NCBI GenBank assembly: GCA_938091905.1
Contig: CALKOM010000060.1
Coordinates: 1 to 46,666, forward strand
Length of the DNA: 46,666 nt
DNA from: an uncultured Verrucomicrobiales bacterium
GTDB lineage: Bacteria; Verrucomicrobiota; Verrucomicrobiia; Verrucomicrobiales; DEV007
Direction: 5' to 3'
A program made the position numbers and the translations under genes. A model generated the notes under the pieces. That model did not search any database, was not told the origin of the DNA, and worked only from the letters and a program-made list of their open reading frames with translations. Below, one piece after another: positions 28,089 through 38,703 of the stretch. Numbering within the stretch: the first letter of the stretch is position 1; every line of letters begins with the position of its first letter.

Positions 28089-28691
28089 ATGGAGCTCACG
28101 ACGTTCGCCATTGCCATGGCTGCTGGGCAACTGACACCCGGCCCTGACATGCTTCTTATTCTAAAGAACACGCTCAATCGTGGTTTTAGAAATGGATTGG
28201 CGACCATCACAGGCATTTGCGTCGGTATTGTCGTTCACGTCACCCTCGTACTTACCGGAACGGCCGCTTTGTTGATAACATTTCCCGCTCTCTTGCGCAC
28301 CGTGCAGGTCCTCGGCGCTGTCTACCTTCTCTGGATCGCCAGCAAACTCCTGCGCCATGTTCGAACGACAGCTAAGAGCAGGTCCCCTACAACAAGTCAG
28401 CCTTCCTCGCTCAGCCAGGGGTTTCGGGAAGGCCTGGTAACCAATCTGACGAACGTCAAAGTCGTCATCCTATTCACAAGTCTGTTGGCACCGCTCGCTG
28501 CGGATCCGCAGGGTCAGAGCTGGCTCTTTGGCCTGACGATTATCATCGAAGCCGCCCTCATCTGGCCTCTCTTCGCCTGGTTCATGCTCCGGCCCCGTGT
28601 CCGCACCACCTTCTATCGCTGGCAGGGTGCCTTTAACGCTTTGTTCGCCATTCTTCTCATCGCGTTCGCTATCAGGCTTTTAGCGCCCTGA
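28089..28691 (+). CDS. LysE/RhtB family translocator
   Basis: TPGPDMLLI, GAVYLLWIA and FREGLVTNLTNVK motifs; hydrophobic 200-aa protein. Confidence 0.93.
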   Translation: MELTTFAIAMAAGQLTPGPDMLLILKNTLNRGFRNGLATITGICVGIVVHVTLVLTGTAALLITFPALLRTVQVLGAVYLLWIASKLLRHVRTTAKSRSPTTSQPSSLSQGFREGLVTNLTNVKVVILFTSLLAPLAADPQGQSWLFGLTIIIEAALIWPLFAWFMLRPRVRTTFYRWQGAFNALFAILLIAFAIRLLAP

Positions 28692-28779
28692 TGGGCTCAG
28701 GCGATTTATTTTGAAATCCTAAAAATTCTAGATAGCTTACTGAGAAGACCTCGTCCCTCGCCTTCATTGCGTAGCATTT

Positions 28780-29562
28780 ATGAGAATCCTCCTCTTCATA
28801 CTCCTTCCTCTCGTCTTCTTCGGGGCCGGAATATTATTCGCCAGTCTGCTCTGGGGAAGATACAAGCAACTCGGCTCCCATCTGAAAAGCCAGCTCGATC
28901 GCCAGGCTGAAACGACAGCCAACCTGAAACAAGCTCTCAAGAACCTTGGCGAGGAACATGAGGCACAGGCCGTCACCTGCCACACACTTGAAGAGGAATT
29001 GGCCAGTATCGCCACGGAGCGACAAACCATGGTCGCCGATGCCGCCCAGGCGCGAACAGATCGCACCAGACTCCGTCGCTACGAAGCAGAGTGCATGGAA
29101 CTCACTGAGAAACTGGAGGCCACCAAGGAACGGACGCAGCAGGAAGTTCAATCAGCCTCCGACGCCCTTCGCGCCGCCGAAAATCGAGCCAACCTGATTT
29201 CGAAAGAGAAAGAGGAATTGTTAGGACTTGTAAGCAAACTTCAGTCTAAGCTTGATCAAATAGCACCTCTTCAGCGCCGACTGCTCAATACGGAACAACA
29301 ACTTCAAGCCCGTGAGAAAGAAGCGCGAGCCGTCCGACTCAAATCAAGACGCTACGTTCGCCGTCAAGCGGACGAGCCTACGCGGCGGCGGCGAAGACAC
29401 CAATCTGTGAGAATACGCCAGACCAATCCTCGCCTCGTGGTGGCAAAACCTCAAATCGCCAAGATCGCTGAATGCTCAGCCAAGAAGCAGATCGTCACGA
29501 AACGTGTGCTGTCAAGACTGTTGCCGCAGAGATCGCCGAGCAAACCAAGTAGGCACTGCTAG
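28780..29562 (+). CDS. hypothetical membrane-anchored coiled-coil protein with basic C-terminus
   Basis: N-terminal TM, long heptad-rich E/Q/K/L region, Arg/Lys-rich tail. Confidence 0.7.
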   Translation: MRILLFILLPLVFFGAGILFASLLWGRYKQLGSHLKSQLDRQAETTANLKQALKNLGEEHEAQAVTCHTLEEELASIATERQTMVADAAQARTDRTRLRRYEAECMELTEKLEATKERTQQEVQSASDALRAAENRANLISKEKEELLGLVSKLQSKLDQIAPLQRRLLNTEQQLQAREKEARAVRLKSRRYVRRQADEPTRRRRRHQSVRIRQTNPRLVVAKPQIAKIAECSAKKQIVTKRVLSRLLPQRSPSKPSRHC

Positions 29563-29592
29563 TTGAAAAGAATCTCGACTTGATTAACTGGC

Positions 29593-30758
29593 TCAGTTGC
29601 CCCACTGACGCCCCGCATATGTGCGGCCAAGAAACTTCACAATCGCTTTTCGGAGTTCGAGCACGTCGATATCACCGGTTTGCCTATAAAGCACCTCGCC
29701 TTCTGGAGCAATAAGCACCGTGTGGGGGTAACCGCCACGCCACTTCGCATCCAAAGCGTCCGCAAGCACATCTTTGTCTGAGCTTTTGTATTGATAGTTG
29801 TTCGTCGTCCGCTTCTCGTTGACCAAGGTTTGCTGAATGGCCTCTGGAAGGCTGCATGCCTCCTTCTCAAGGAACTTGAGAACCTTACCTAAATTCTCGG
29901 CGTCATCCACGCTCACCGTGATCAACTCGAACCCTCGGTTATTGAAGATCTTGTTAAGGTCCACCAAGCCTTTGAACTTACTAACATAAGACTACCACTA
30001 GGTCGCCCACACATTGATCATACGCAGCTTGTCGGCCTTATTCTCAGCCAGAGCTTTCACCGCAGCGGCATCGACCTTCTCCAGACTCACTGGTTGCGCA
30101 GCCCACTTCTTCTTCGCCCAATCATTGCTCCCGCTTTTACTCGCCCACTTCGTCGAACAGCCGAAGTAGGCGAGTTTCTTTGTTAGGGATCTCATTCCCC
30201 GCTAACAGGGCATCGATCCCATCACGTATGTCTTGAGACTTGATGTTGTCTCCCTTCTCATCGTCATCAGGGCGGCCGTGGTAGCGTAGCTTGCGCTCCT
30301 TGTCAAAGAGATAGACATGGGGCGTTGCAATCACGCCGTAGGCTCTCGAAGCCTCTTGGCTCTCGCCATCATACAAGTAAGGAAAGTTAAAGCCGTAGAA
30401 CTCTGCGTGAATCTTAATGTCTTCCAACGTCTCACCAACGATCGAGAATCCTTGTTCATTCAGCCGAAGGCCGGCCGCTGAGTTTGGCGAAATCGCCACA
30501 AAGTCGACGCTCTTTTCCGCGTAGTCCTTCACGGCCTGAATGATGCTTCCCTCATAGGCTTGCGCGGTGGGACAGTGATTACAGGTGAAGATGATCGCGA
30601 GAATATCTTCACCTGTAATCAGCAAGCTTGTGGTTCTTACCGTCCACTCCAGGCAGATCGAAATCGGGAACATGACTCCCAATCGCCAGAGTTTCGGGGT
30701 TCTCCACCCCTGAGGCCAGAATTGTCGACAGAATACTGATGCTAAGAAGTCGCCACAT
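29593..30758 (-). pseudogene. two-domain redoxin (AhpC/TSA-like plus TlpA-like) pseudogene
   Basis: Start ATG 30758 (MWRLL...PDFDLPGVDGKNHKLADY); frameshift near 30614 into FTCNHCPTA; frameshift near 30170 into FGCSTKW; then NVWAT*W*SY where WATWCxxC is expected; continues in frame to 29593. Confidence 0.88.
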
Positions 30759-30820
30759 GAACGCAGGCTACCAACGACAAATTCTGTTTGCAAACCTTCC
30801 TCAACAGCTAGCGTCCCTCC

Positions 30821-31633
30821 ATGTGGAATGCCCTGAAAGACTTCGAAGACATCCGTTGTGAAAAGACCGAGGATGGGATCGGCAAGATCACGATCAACCG
30901 GCCTGAAGTGCGTAATGCCTTCCGCCCACAGACAGTGAAAGAAATGCTAGTGGCGTTCGAGCTTCTCCATGAAGACGAATCCGTCGGCGTGATCATCCTG
31001 ACCGGAGAAGGTGAGAAAGCTTTCTGTAGCGGTGGCGATCAGAAAGTTCGAGGTGAAGGCGGCTATGTCGGTGGCGATGGGGTTCCTCGTCTCAACATCC
31101 TGGACGTGCAGAAGAAGATTCGGTGCATCCCCAAACCAGTCGTGGCCATGGTGGCCGGTTACGCCATCGGGGGCGGCCACGTCCTCCAAGTTGTCTGCGA
31201 CCTTACCGTCGCTGCAGAAAACGCCCGCTTCGGCCAAACCGGTCCCAAGGTCGGCTCATTCGATGGTGGCTTGGGCTCAAGTTACCTTGCCCGCATCGTC
31301 GGTCAGAAGAAAGCCCGCGAAATCTGGTACCTTTGCCGCCAATACGATGCCCCGCAAGCCCTCGACATGGGTCTCGTCAACACAGTCGTTCCGCTAGAGA
31401 AGCTAGAAGAAGAAACGCTCCAGTGGTGCCGCGAAATCATGCAACACTCCCCCCTCGCTTTACGTTGCCTCAAAGCCTCCCTCAACGCCGACTGCGATGG
31501 CCAGATGGGTTTGCTAGACCTAGCAGGCAACGCCACGCTCCTCTACTACCTCTCCGAAGAAGCCAAGGAAGGAAAGAACGCTTTCATCGAGAAACGCCCC
31601 CCAGACTTCAGCAAGTTCCCGCGCTACCCATAA
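30821..31633 (+). CDS. menB: 1,4-dihydroxy-2-naphthoyl-CoA synthase
   Basis: [33 protein letters not shown] and [10 protein letters not shown] motifs. Confidence 0.98.
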   Translation: MWNALKDFEDIRCEKTEDGIGKITINRPEVRNAFRPQTVKEMLVAFELLHEDESVGVIILTGEGEKAFCSGGDQKVRGEGGYVGGDGVPRLNILDVQKKIRCIPKPVVAMVAGYAIGGGHVLQVVCDLTVAAENARFGQTGPKVGSFDGGLGSSYLARIVGQKKAREIWYLCRQYDAPQALDMGLVNTVVPLEKLEEETLQWCREIMQHSPLALRCLKASLNADCDGQMGLLDLAGNATLLYYLSEEAKEGKNAFIEKRPPDFSKFPRYP

Positions 31634-32270
31634 AGCAACGGCCTTTCCTCGATTTCCGATTCACGTTCTTGCACCGAGAAAGCAATCTTGGACACAGAGT
31701 TGGACTCTTCCGAGAAAGCGATTTCACCGTCACCTTCCATGGATAGCATCTTGGCCGCATAGTTCACCAAATTGCCAATGTAGTCATTGTTAGCGTCTAG
31801 GCGAACGGCGAGCATTGGCCGCGATAGATGGAAATTCGAAGAGCAACATCTATTTCATCCGGTCGAAACCGTTGCGGAATCCAACCGCAGCTTGAAGGGC
31901 CGCTTCTGAATGCGGTAAAGCTGCCATCACGACACAAACTATTATTTTCACTAAACCACCTTTCCCCGACGTGTTGATGCCTTGGAGAGTTGCAAATTGG
32001 GCATGCACGGCGTTGAACGCTTTGGTGCCTCCGAGCACGGAGTAGAGAGCGTTCGATCTCACGACCACGAAGAATTCCCAACGCCTCTTGCTGGCGCCCC
32101 CAATGAGTGCAAGACCAACGCGAAATCGGTCAGTGAAAACGAATCTGTCAAGCTACTCCACCTCGTGCTCGACGTCTTGGGCACTCAAGAAGCCCGTGAG
32201 AATTCGGTCTAGCCCGAGGTCATCTGCTTGCAAGGCTCGATGATAGTCCAACAGCACTTCAACATACCGT
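31624..32270 (-). pseudogene. class III adenylate/guanylate cyclase remnant
   Basis: Across three frames: VVRSNALYSVLGGTKAFNAVHAQF; GGLVKIIVCVVMAA; ALRISIYRGQC / LAVRLDANNDYIGNLVNYAAKM...GDGEIAFSE. These match cyclase motifs in order, with frameshifts near 31860 and 31812. The 5' boundary is approximate. Confidence 0.75.
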
Positions 32271-32387
32271 CTTTAGTAGCTTTGCTAATACAGGGATCAT
32301 CATAGTAGGCCCGCCCATACAAGTAGAGAGCTAGCAGGCAGACTAGCCCAAGCGCAAAAACTAACTATACCGCCAATCGACACCACC

Positions 32388-33395
32388 TCATACTTGCTTC
32401 AACCACTCTCCATTCACCACATTCCACGGGGCCTCCCCTCGTAACATACGCGCGACCTCCGCACTGCTCTTCTCACGAATCTCCAGCAGCGCTGCTTCTG
32501 AGTAATAAGCCGTATGCGGCGTGATTGTTAGATTGATCGGTGGATCATGGTCGGCCTGCCAAAGTTGTATCAACGGATCTTCCAAAGAAGGCGGCTCATG
32601 GGGGAGAACATCGATACCAGCACCCGCGATCCGGCGTTCGCGCAACGCCTCCGCTAGAGCGGAGGTGTCAACCACGGCACCGCGTGAGGTGTTGATAAGG
32701 TAGGCCGTCGGCTTCATTTGTGAAAGCGCCTGGGCATCCATGAGATGACGCGTTTCCTCGGTCAGCGGCGTGTGCATCGAAACGACATCACTTTCTTTTA
32801 GGAGATACCCAAGGTCAACACGCTCCCCCCCGCAGACCTTCTCCATGCCCGGGCGAAGATAGGGATCATAAATCATCACACGCATCTTGAGTGCCTTTGC
32901 GCGCAGTGCCGTCGCCGAGCCAATACGCCCACACCCGATGATCCCCAAAGTACGATCACCCGTCCTCGACACCTTGCCAACGTCATGACGATCCCATGGC
33001 GTCAGTGTCGTAGCCTGACGGAAGCGGCGCTCTGCTAGGGTGAATCCGCGCAAACATCCCAACATCAACCCGATGGTATGATCCGCGACTTCGTCGACCC
33101 CATAATCTGGCACATTGCATACGGGAATACCCAGCTCACCGGCAATCTTCACGTCAACATTGTCATAGCCGACACCACCACGAACGATAATCTTGCACTG
33201 CTTCAACCCACGCAAGAGAGTATCCGTCAAGTCGACTTCATGGTAAAGAATGATGGCATCGGCATCGACCAGCTGCCCATGAAGTACCTCGGAAGATTTC
33301 GCCATGAGACAATCCACCTGAGCAAGCCCACTTAGATTACCTTCCTCAATCCAAGCAGGAGGTTCCAAACAATCCGTAATGACAACGCGATGCAT
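32388..33395 (-). CDS. D-isomer-specific 2-hydroxyacid dehydrogenase (CtBP-like)
   Basis: GVGYDNVD, NVPDYGVDEVADH, GIIGCGRIG, INTSRG and TPHTAYYS motifs. Confidence 0.93.
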   Translation of the reverse strand: MHRVVITDCLEPPAWIEEGNLSGLAQVDCLMAKSSEVLHGQLVDADAIILYHEVDLTDTLLRGLKQCKIIVRGGVGYDNVDVKIAGELGIPVCNVPDYGVDEVADHTIGLMLGCLRGFTLAERRFRQATTLTPWDRHDVGKVSRTGDRTLGIIGCGRIGSATALRAKALKMRVMIYDPYLRPGMEKVCGGERVDLGYLLKESDVVSMHTPLTEETRHLMDAQALSQMKPTAYLINTSRGAVVDTSALAEALRERRIAGAGIDVLPHEPPSLEDPLIQLWQADHDPPINLTITPHTAYYSEAALLEIREKSSAEVARMLRGEAPWNVVNGEWLKQV

Positions 33396-33404
33396 CCTGG
33401 CTCT

Positions 33405-35282
33405 TTAGCGACTCGCCCGTGCCCTTGTCCAGCCTCCAGGTCGCCTTTGAAAAAACCACCATTCAACGAGAAGAATGAGGAGAGCGACTGCAGTAAGCCA
33501 CTGCCACAGAGGACGGTCGGTTTCCACAGCCTTTGAATCGGCCTGAACTCGAGCTTCTCGGAATTCCACTACCTCCACCTGGCTAAGTGAGGTCTCGGAC
33601 AGAGAAAGCAGACTAGCACCACGACGAAGATCCAATTCAGCATAACCATAGAGACCAACACGTCGCGCATTGACGCCCGGAAGCCGCCCTCCGGCGTCGC
33701 TTTTGATCATAAGATCCGTGTCTGGTCCAGCCACAGAGACCTCTATTTCCGGTATGGTCAGCATTCCTGGCATAATTCCAGTCCGCAAGGCCTTCGCCTC
33801 CGACAATCCTGCCGCCTGTCTCGCCACTTCAACGACGTTGGCCACAAACACGGGAAATCCGACACGAAACGGAAAGGTCGATCTATCAGGATGAAACAAC
33901 GCGTGTATCGATAGCTGCTCATCCTGGCGCTCTTGCAAAAGCAGCGGGCCTTGAGAGCCATACAAGAGCACCTCAAAACCTAGATTGAGGAATACGCCTG
34001 GCTGGAAATCCTCTGCTATCGGTTGATCTAAAAAGACAACGTTGCTGAAGTCGACGTGTTTCAGAAGAGAAGCATCCTGCTTCCAATCGATGGCCTGATT
34101 TGATTTCTGTTCCACTTGAACAAGTGTTTGGAGGGGTTCAGGAACTTGCCCCAGCTTCAGTTGCACACGCGCCGGGAGAGCAAGAGACTCTTCATCATCA
34201 GCGATGACCAAATCAAACTGGCCCGGCGGCAGATTTCGCTGATTAGGGTAGACCTCTAAATTATCAATAGACGCGAGCGCGTGACGGAAGGAGCTAAGAG
34301 TCTCCGGCACATAAACCTGAAGAGCCCTTAGGGCAGGTAATCGCAAATAGGCAACATTGTCAGACTCGACTGCATCCACGGCCGCATTGGGAGTCAGTGT
34401 GAAGGTCAGCTCTTGCTCCTCATACCCCGAAACTGACAACAGGAGACGTGCTGCTTGGCCAGGCTTGGTCGTCACTAGCTCGGAAGCCAATGGTTCTTTC
34501 TGACCAGCCGAGGTCATGGTTAATGCCCCGCCATAGTCCGCACCGGCCGACGCACCGACTTCGACAAAGATCTCCCATCCCTCATCGCGATCACGCCGAG
34601 CCGAACATGTGGTTATGCCAATGTTAGCACCAGCCGCGGCTAGTTGCTGATAGTTCACCTTGAAAGGCAAATCCATGCTGGCACGGCCCGGCAAATTCCC
34701 ATCTGACAAGAGCATCACCTCATCAAAACTCACGCCTCGGCTCAAGGCCCGTGCCATACGAAAGGCATGGTCGATTTGGGATGGCACCTCTTCCACCTCA
34801 ATATCGTCCAGCGCATCGCGCAACAGCTGCGTATTGTTCGTAAACCCGCTACGCTGCCGCGCCGTATCGCTGAAACTGATGATGGCCATTTCTTGATCCG
34901 GCAGGAGACCAGCGATCATGTCAGAAACTCTCTCCTTCGCCAACTCGAGTCGGGTCGGCCCTCCACGCTTCTCGACCGCGGCCATACTGGCAGAACAATC
35001 AATCAGGACCGGCAATCGTGCCATCCGATTCCCTGTTCCTCGGAAAAAAGGCTGCATCGCAGCAAGAATCAGCAACAGCAATAGCAGCAGTTGCAACAGA
35101 AGTAGCAGATTCCTTTTGAAGCGTTGAAATGGAGAATTAACCCGCTGATCATCCAGCACACGTCGCCACAACACGAGCGAAGGAACAGTCACCCGTGGAC
35201 GCTTCAGCTTGAGAAAGTAAAGCGCAACAAGCGGCAATGCTAGAAGGAACAGCCAAGCGGCACTAGGCGAGAAGAAAGACAC
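33405..35282 (-). CDS. BatA N-terminal plus VWA domain membrane protein
   Basis: LPLVALYFLKLKRP...PSLVLW (BatA); MIDAS DCSAS; LLSDG; C-terminal TM ending LLVEWWF. Confidence 0.9.
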   Translation of the reverse strand: MSFFSPSAAWLFLLALPLVALYFLKLKRPRVTVPSLVLWRRVLDDQRVNSPFQRFKRNLLLLLQLLLLLLLILAAMQPFFRGTGNRMARLPVLIDCSASMAAVEKRGGPTRLELAKERVSDMIAGLLPDQEMAIISFSDTARQRSGFTNNTQLLRDALDDIEVEEVPSQIDHAFRMARALSRGVSFDEVMLLSDGNLPGRASMDLPFKVNYQQLAAAGANIGITTCSARRDRDEGWEIFVEVGASAGADYGGALTMTSAGQKEPLASELVTTKPGQAARLLLSVSGYEEQELTFTLTPNAAVDAVESDNVAYLRLPALRALQVYVPETLSSFRHALASIDNLEVYPNQRNLPPGQFDLVIADDEESLALPARVQLKLGQVPEPLQTLVQVEQKSNQAIDWKQDASLLKHVDFSNVVFLDQPIAEDFQPGVFLNLGFEVLLYGSQGPLLLQERQDEQLSIHALFHPDRSTFPFRVGFPVFVANVVEVARQAAGLSEAKALRTGIMPGMLTIPEIEVSVAGPDTDLMIKSDAGGRLPGVNARRVGLYGYAELDLRRGASLLSLSETSLSQVEVVEFREARVQADSKAVETDRPLWQWLTAVALLILLVEWWFFQRRPGGWTRARASR

Positions 35283-35339
35283 GAAATTGATAGGCTAGCA
35301 CAGGCCCCTAACCTGTGGCCACACGCAAAGTAAAGCGTT

Positions 35340-36275
35340 CTACAATCGCAGCGTACGACGCTCCGTAATCTTGAGCGGACCATTGACGATCATCTTGATC
35401 TCTTGGGTAGCCACCGCTGCAGAGAGCGTGGCGGTACCGTTGATCTCAACCTGAAGATCCTGTTCTAAAGCCTCAGATCTCCAGATCTCTCCACGGCCTT
35501 CCATGGCAACATCAAGCGCTTGTCCATCAGGGTCCTTCATCTTGCCTTGAACCTTGAGAGCCACACTGAGCACCACGCACGACTGTTCCTGCATGGTGTC
35601 TTCACGCTCTACCTTGACATTGATATCGCCGCTAATATCGGTGATGGAATCACCGAACCAGCGCGCCATTCCTTCAATCGGAACCTGCCAGGATTCACCA
35701 ATCGTCAATTTGGGGTCCTGATAAAAGAGAGCTGCGCCAGATTCCACACGATCTAGCTCTGCCAGCATCCGCTCCACATCTGCCGACGCCTTGCGGTCCG
35801 CAGAAACACCTTCGAGCCGATGTTTCCAACCACCGCTGTCCATCAGGTCCGCAATCAATCGCTTGCCCGTGAGCGGACTGGCCTGCGTTCGGTTCGCAGG
35901 TTCTGTGCTAGCCTCTGGGATATTCGCGATGTGAATGTCAGACCAATTACGCAAATGGGTCGTCTTCTGTAGACGACCCGCGTGTTCCACTGTGGCAAAG
36001 CGATCTTTGACAAGGGTCAGCGCTCCCGTCCATTCTTGTCTTTCCTGGTTCTCGTCCAAGAAAGACATCTTTAAGACCATGTCCTCGAACCCCGCTCGAA
36101 CAGCTTCCTGATACGCAAGCGAAGACACACTCACCTCTTCCCCCGGCGGCGCTGTCGAACCTGCCGGTTCACCGGACGACGCCGAGGCGTTCTTGTCAGA
36201 GTTGCTGGAAGGATCTTTCGAACACGAAATAAGCAAGCTCCCTAGACTGAGCGCGACAAGCGTTGAGTAGTTCAT
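35340..36275 (-). CDS. hypothetical lipoprotein
   Basis: Lipobox LISC, Ser/Ala/Pro linker, beta-rich body. Confidence 0.8.
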   Translation of the reverse strand: MNYSTLVALSLGSLLISCSKDPSSNSDKNASASSGEPAGSTAPPGEEVSVSSLAYQEAVRAGFEDMVLKMSFLDENQERQEWTGALTLVKDRFATVEHAGRLQKTTHLRNWSDIHIANIPEASTEPANRTQASPLTGKRLIADLMDSGGWKHRLEGVSADRKASADVERMLAELDRVESGAALFYQDPKLTIGESWQVPIEGMARWFGDSITDISGDINVKVEREDTMQEQSCVVLSVALKVQGKMKDPDGQALDVAMEGRGEIWRSEALEQDLQVEINGTATLSAAVATQEIKMIVNGPLKITERRTLRL

Positions 36276-36284
36276 AGTATGGTG

Positions 36285-36596
36285 TTAGGAATCAGTCAAA
36301 ACGACGCGAGCAATCTTCTCCCACTCGCGATCGATCTCTTCCCCTGATGGCTGAGACTGCCCAGCCCGACTGTACCAATAGGCCGAATTCCCGACATCCC
36401 CTTCAATCAAGTGCAAGAGACCATGAATCCAATCGCCCAACTTGCTTCCCAAGTCCTGCGCGACGTTATGGGCATCATCCCAGCGGTCGGCCTTAGTCAG
36501 CCACAACGCCTTTGCCGGGCCAGATAACTCTGAAGGCGGCTCCCCACCAGCTTCGGCAGACGCTGCGAGGTCTTCTGTGGATTGAATATTGTTCAC
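36285..36596 (-). CDS. conserved small hypothetical protein
   Basis: WDDAHNVAQD...WIHGLLHLIEGDVGNSAYWYSRAG is a recognisable widespread motif; GTG start. Confidence 0.82.
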   Translation of the reverse strand: MNNIQSTEDLAASAEAGGEPPSELSGPAKALWLTKADRWDDAHNVAQDLGSKLGDWIHGLLHLIEGDVGNSAYWYSRAGQSQPSGEEIDREWEKIARVVLTDS

Positions 36597-36616
36597 GTAT
36601 TTTGATACGAAGGCTC

Positions 36617-38683
36617 CTAGAGCTTGTCTAATGCCTTCTGCGCTTCCTCAACCACATCTTTGTCCGGCGAAGAGCGAATCACCGCCTTGAGAAGACCTTG
36701 CTTTGCCCTCCCAGACCTACGGCCACCACGCATCTTCTTGACTGCATTCAACGCTGCCTGCGCAGCATCCGCACCGAGCTCCTTGTCGCCAAGTAGACCC
36801 ACGAGCGTCTCCACAGATTCACGACTACCTACGTTGGCAAGAACGGGAAGGAAGAGCCTCTTATCGGCAGACCGCTGAGCAGCGTTCATCCCGGCCAGCG
36901 CCCATTCAAAGCGCTTGCCTGCATCAAGTCCATCGCCTTGATCGATCAACCTCCCTAACCCGCGCAAGAGCAACGTTCGATCCGTCACACTCGTATCGTC
37001 GTTCTGAGCGAGCTTCAAAAAGACCGGCCCCGCTTCTACTCCATCCCAACGGGAGAGCGTCCTCATCGCAGCCTTGCCAAGTACAGCGTCACTGAGCATG
37101 CTTCGAACGGTCGCGAAAGACTTCTCACCACCCAACACGCCCAGTGCTGGTAGCAAGCTCTCCTTCATGTCCGGCTTAAGAGGCCCCATTCCTGACAGAA
37201 TAGCGTCCGCCGCCTTATCTTTGTCTCGCACCTGACGGCAGGCCTGAACGACTGCCTTGAGCGCGTCCTTGTCACCCTTCTTTAGGTAGCCCATCAAGCG
37301 GGGAAGTTCTTCACTCGACACGAACCCGCCCAAAGAAGCCAAGCTCGCTTTCCGAATAGCCTTGGGACCTCGATCGACGTGAGCAAAGAGAGCTGGAATC
37401 GCATCGCGTGTTCCTCTCTCGCCAAGGGTGGCAATGGCCTGAACGCGGGCATCGATGTCGCCCGTTTCCGTTGCCGCCACGAGCCAAGGCCCCACGGAAG
37501 CTCCGGGCATCACGGCAAGCGCCACCTGCGCAGCTTCAATCACCGCCTCGTCTGAACTCAGGCTAGCAAGTTCTAACAAGCGTGTCGCAGCATCCACGCC
37601 GCCTAGTTTGCCCAGCACACCTATCAGTGACACACTTCCTTCTGTCGACTGGTTGCCTTTGGACAACGATTCCGCCAGCTGCGCCGCCACGGTACTATCG
37701 CCAGACTCACCTAGAACAGCCAAGGCAATCGCACGCTCATTCGGCGCGAGGTCCGGCAACTTCACAGCGAGCACATTCGGTAAGACGCTCGGCCCTGAAA
37801 GATGGCGGCAGGCATTGATGGCCGCTTGGCGAACCAAGCTTTCCTCAGATTGCAGCGCCAGCAAGATAACTTCATCTGCGTCTGCGGGGTCCGCCTTTAT
37901 TAGCCCCCGCAAAGCAGCAGCCTTCACGGCAGCAGAGGTCTCGCCATGGTACAGCTCATTCAGAATCGGCTTTGCCTTGTCCGCGTGATGGGCCGACAAC
38001 CGATTCGCCGATTCCAGTAGGGCGTTCGCCATAGCAGTGGCGTCTGCTCCCTTTGCCTCGTCGAGCCCATCGAACAAGATCTTGGTGGCCTCGCCAGTCG
38101 CAATCTTTCCGAGGGCATCGATGCTGACAAGGCGTAGTGCCTGGTCTTTTCCACCTAACATCTCCGCTATGACGGCAACGGCCTTGGCATCCCCTCGCTG
38201 TCCCAGTGAGTGCACCAGCGCACGCTTTGTCCCACGATCTTTCTCAGTTGAGGCCAGCGCTCTGAGCGCTGCACCCGCTTCTTCCGAAGGATTCTGCTCC
38301 AACCCACGACGCGCCAATTCGCGCAAGTGATGGAAGGGAGATCCCATGGTTCTGTTCAAAGCAGGTACCGACTCGGACCGCCCCACGTTCTCCAACTGAC
38401 GGAGGATCCAAGCTTTGGCCGCCTGGTGAGTGTCGTCGTTGGCCAGACGTTCTAGTAAGAGCTTCACATAAGCTTCGCGTGTCTTCGACCCCGGTGCACT
38501 CGCGGCCGACGTCAAATCACGCACGCCCATACGGGGTTCATAGCGCTGAACTTCGTCGTCCTGAGAGACACCCGCTAGGAGAGCGTCAAGTCTCTTGGCA
38601 AGGTCATCGCCACCGTGATGATCGGCGAACGCGAACCCAACGGAAGTGAAGGTAAGACAAAGGGTAATAGTAAAAGTTTTCAT
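36617..38683 (-). CDS. secreted HEAT-repeat (PBS lyase-like) protein
   Basis: Signal peptide at ATG 38683; repeated AxxALGxxG helical units. Confidence 0.88.
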   Translation of the reverse strand: MKTFTITLCLTFTSVGFAFADHHGGDDLAKRLDALLAGVSQDDEVQRYEPRMGVRDLTSAASAPGSKTREAYVKLLLERLANDDTHQAAKAWILRQLENVGRSESVPALNRTMGSPFHHLRELARRGLEQNPSEEAGAALRALASTEKDRGTKRALVHSLGQRGDAKAVAVIAEMLGGKDQALRLVSIDALGKIATGEATKILFDGLDEAKGADATAMANALLESANRLSAHHADKAKPILNELYHGETSAAVKAAALRGLIKADPADADEVILLALQSEESLVRQAAINACRHLSGPSVLPNVLAVKLPDLAPNERAIALAVLGESGDSTVAAQLAESLSKGNQSTEGSVSLIGVLGKLGGVDAATRLLELASLSSDEAVIEAAQVALAVMPGASVGPWLVAATETGDIDARVQAIATLGERGTRDAIPALFAHVDRGPKAIRKASLASLGGFVSSEELPRLMGYLKKGDKDALKAVVQACRQVRDKDKAADAILSGMGPLKPDMKESLLPALGVLGGEKSFATVRSMLSDAVLGKAAMRTLSRWDGVEAGPVFLKLAQNDDTSVTDRTLLLRGLGRLIDQGDGLDAGKRFEWALAGMNAAQRSADKRLFLPVLANVGSRESVETLVGLLGDKELGADAAQAALNAVKKMRGGRRSGRAKQGLLKAVIRSSPDKDVVEEAQKALDKL

Positions 38684-38703
38684 AGTCAATATGCTAGACA
38701 AGA

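Noticed and set aside
29965..30005. Selenocysteine-containing redoxin
   Set aside because: The stops are TAG, not TGA, and the gene has two additional frameshifts.
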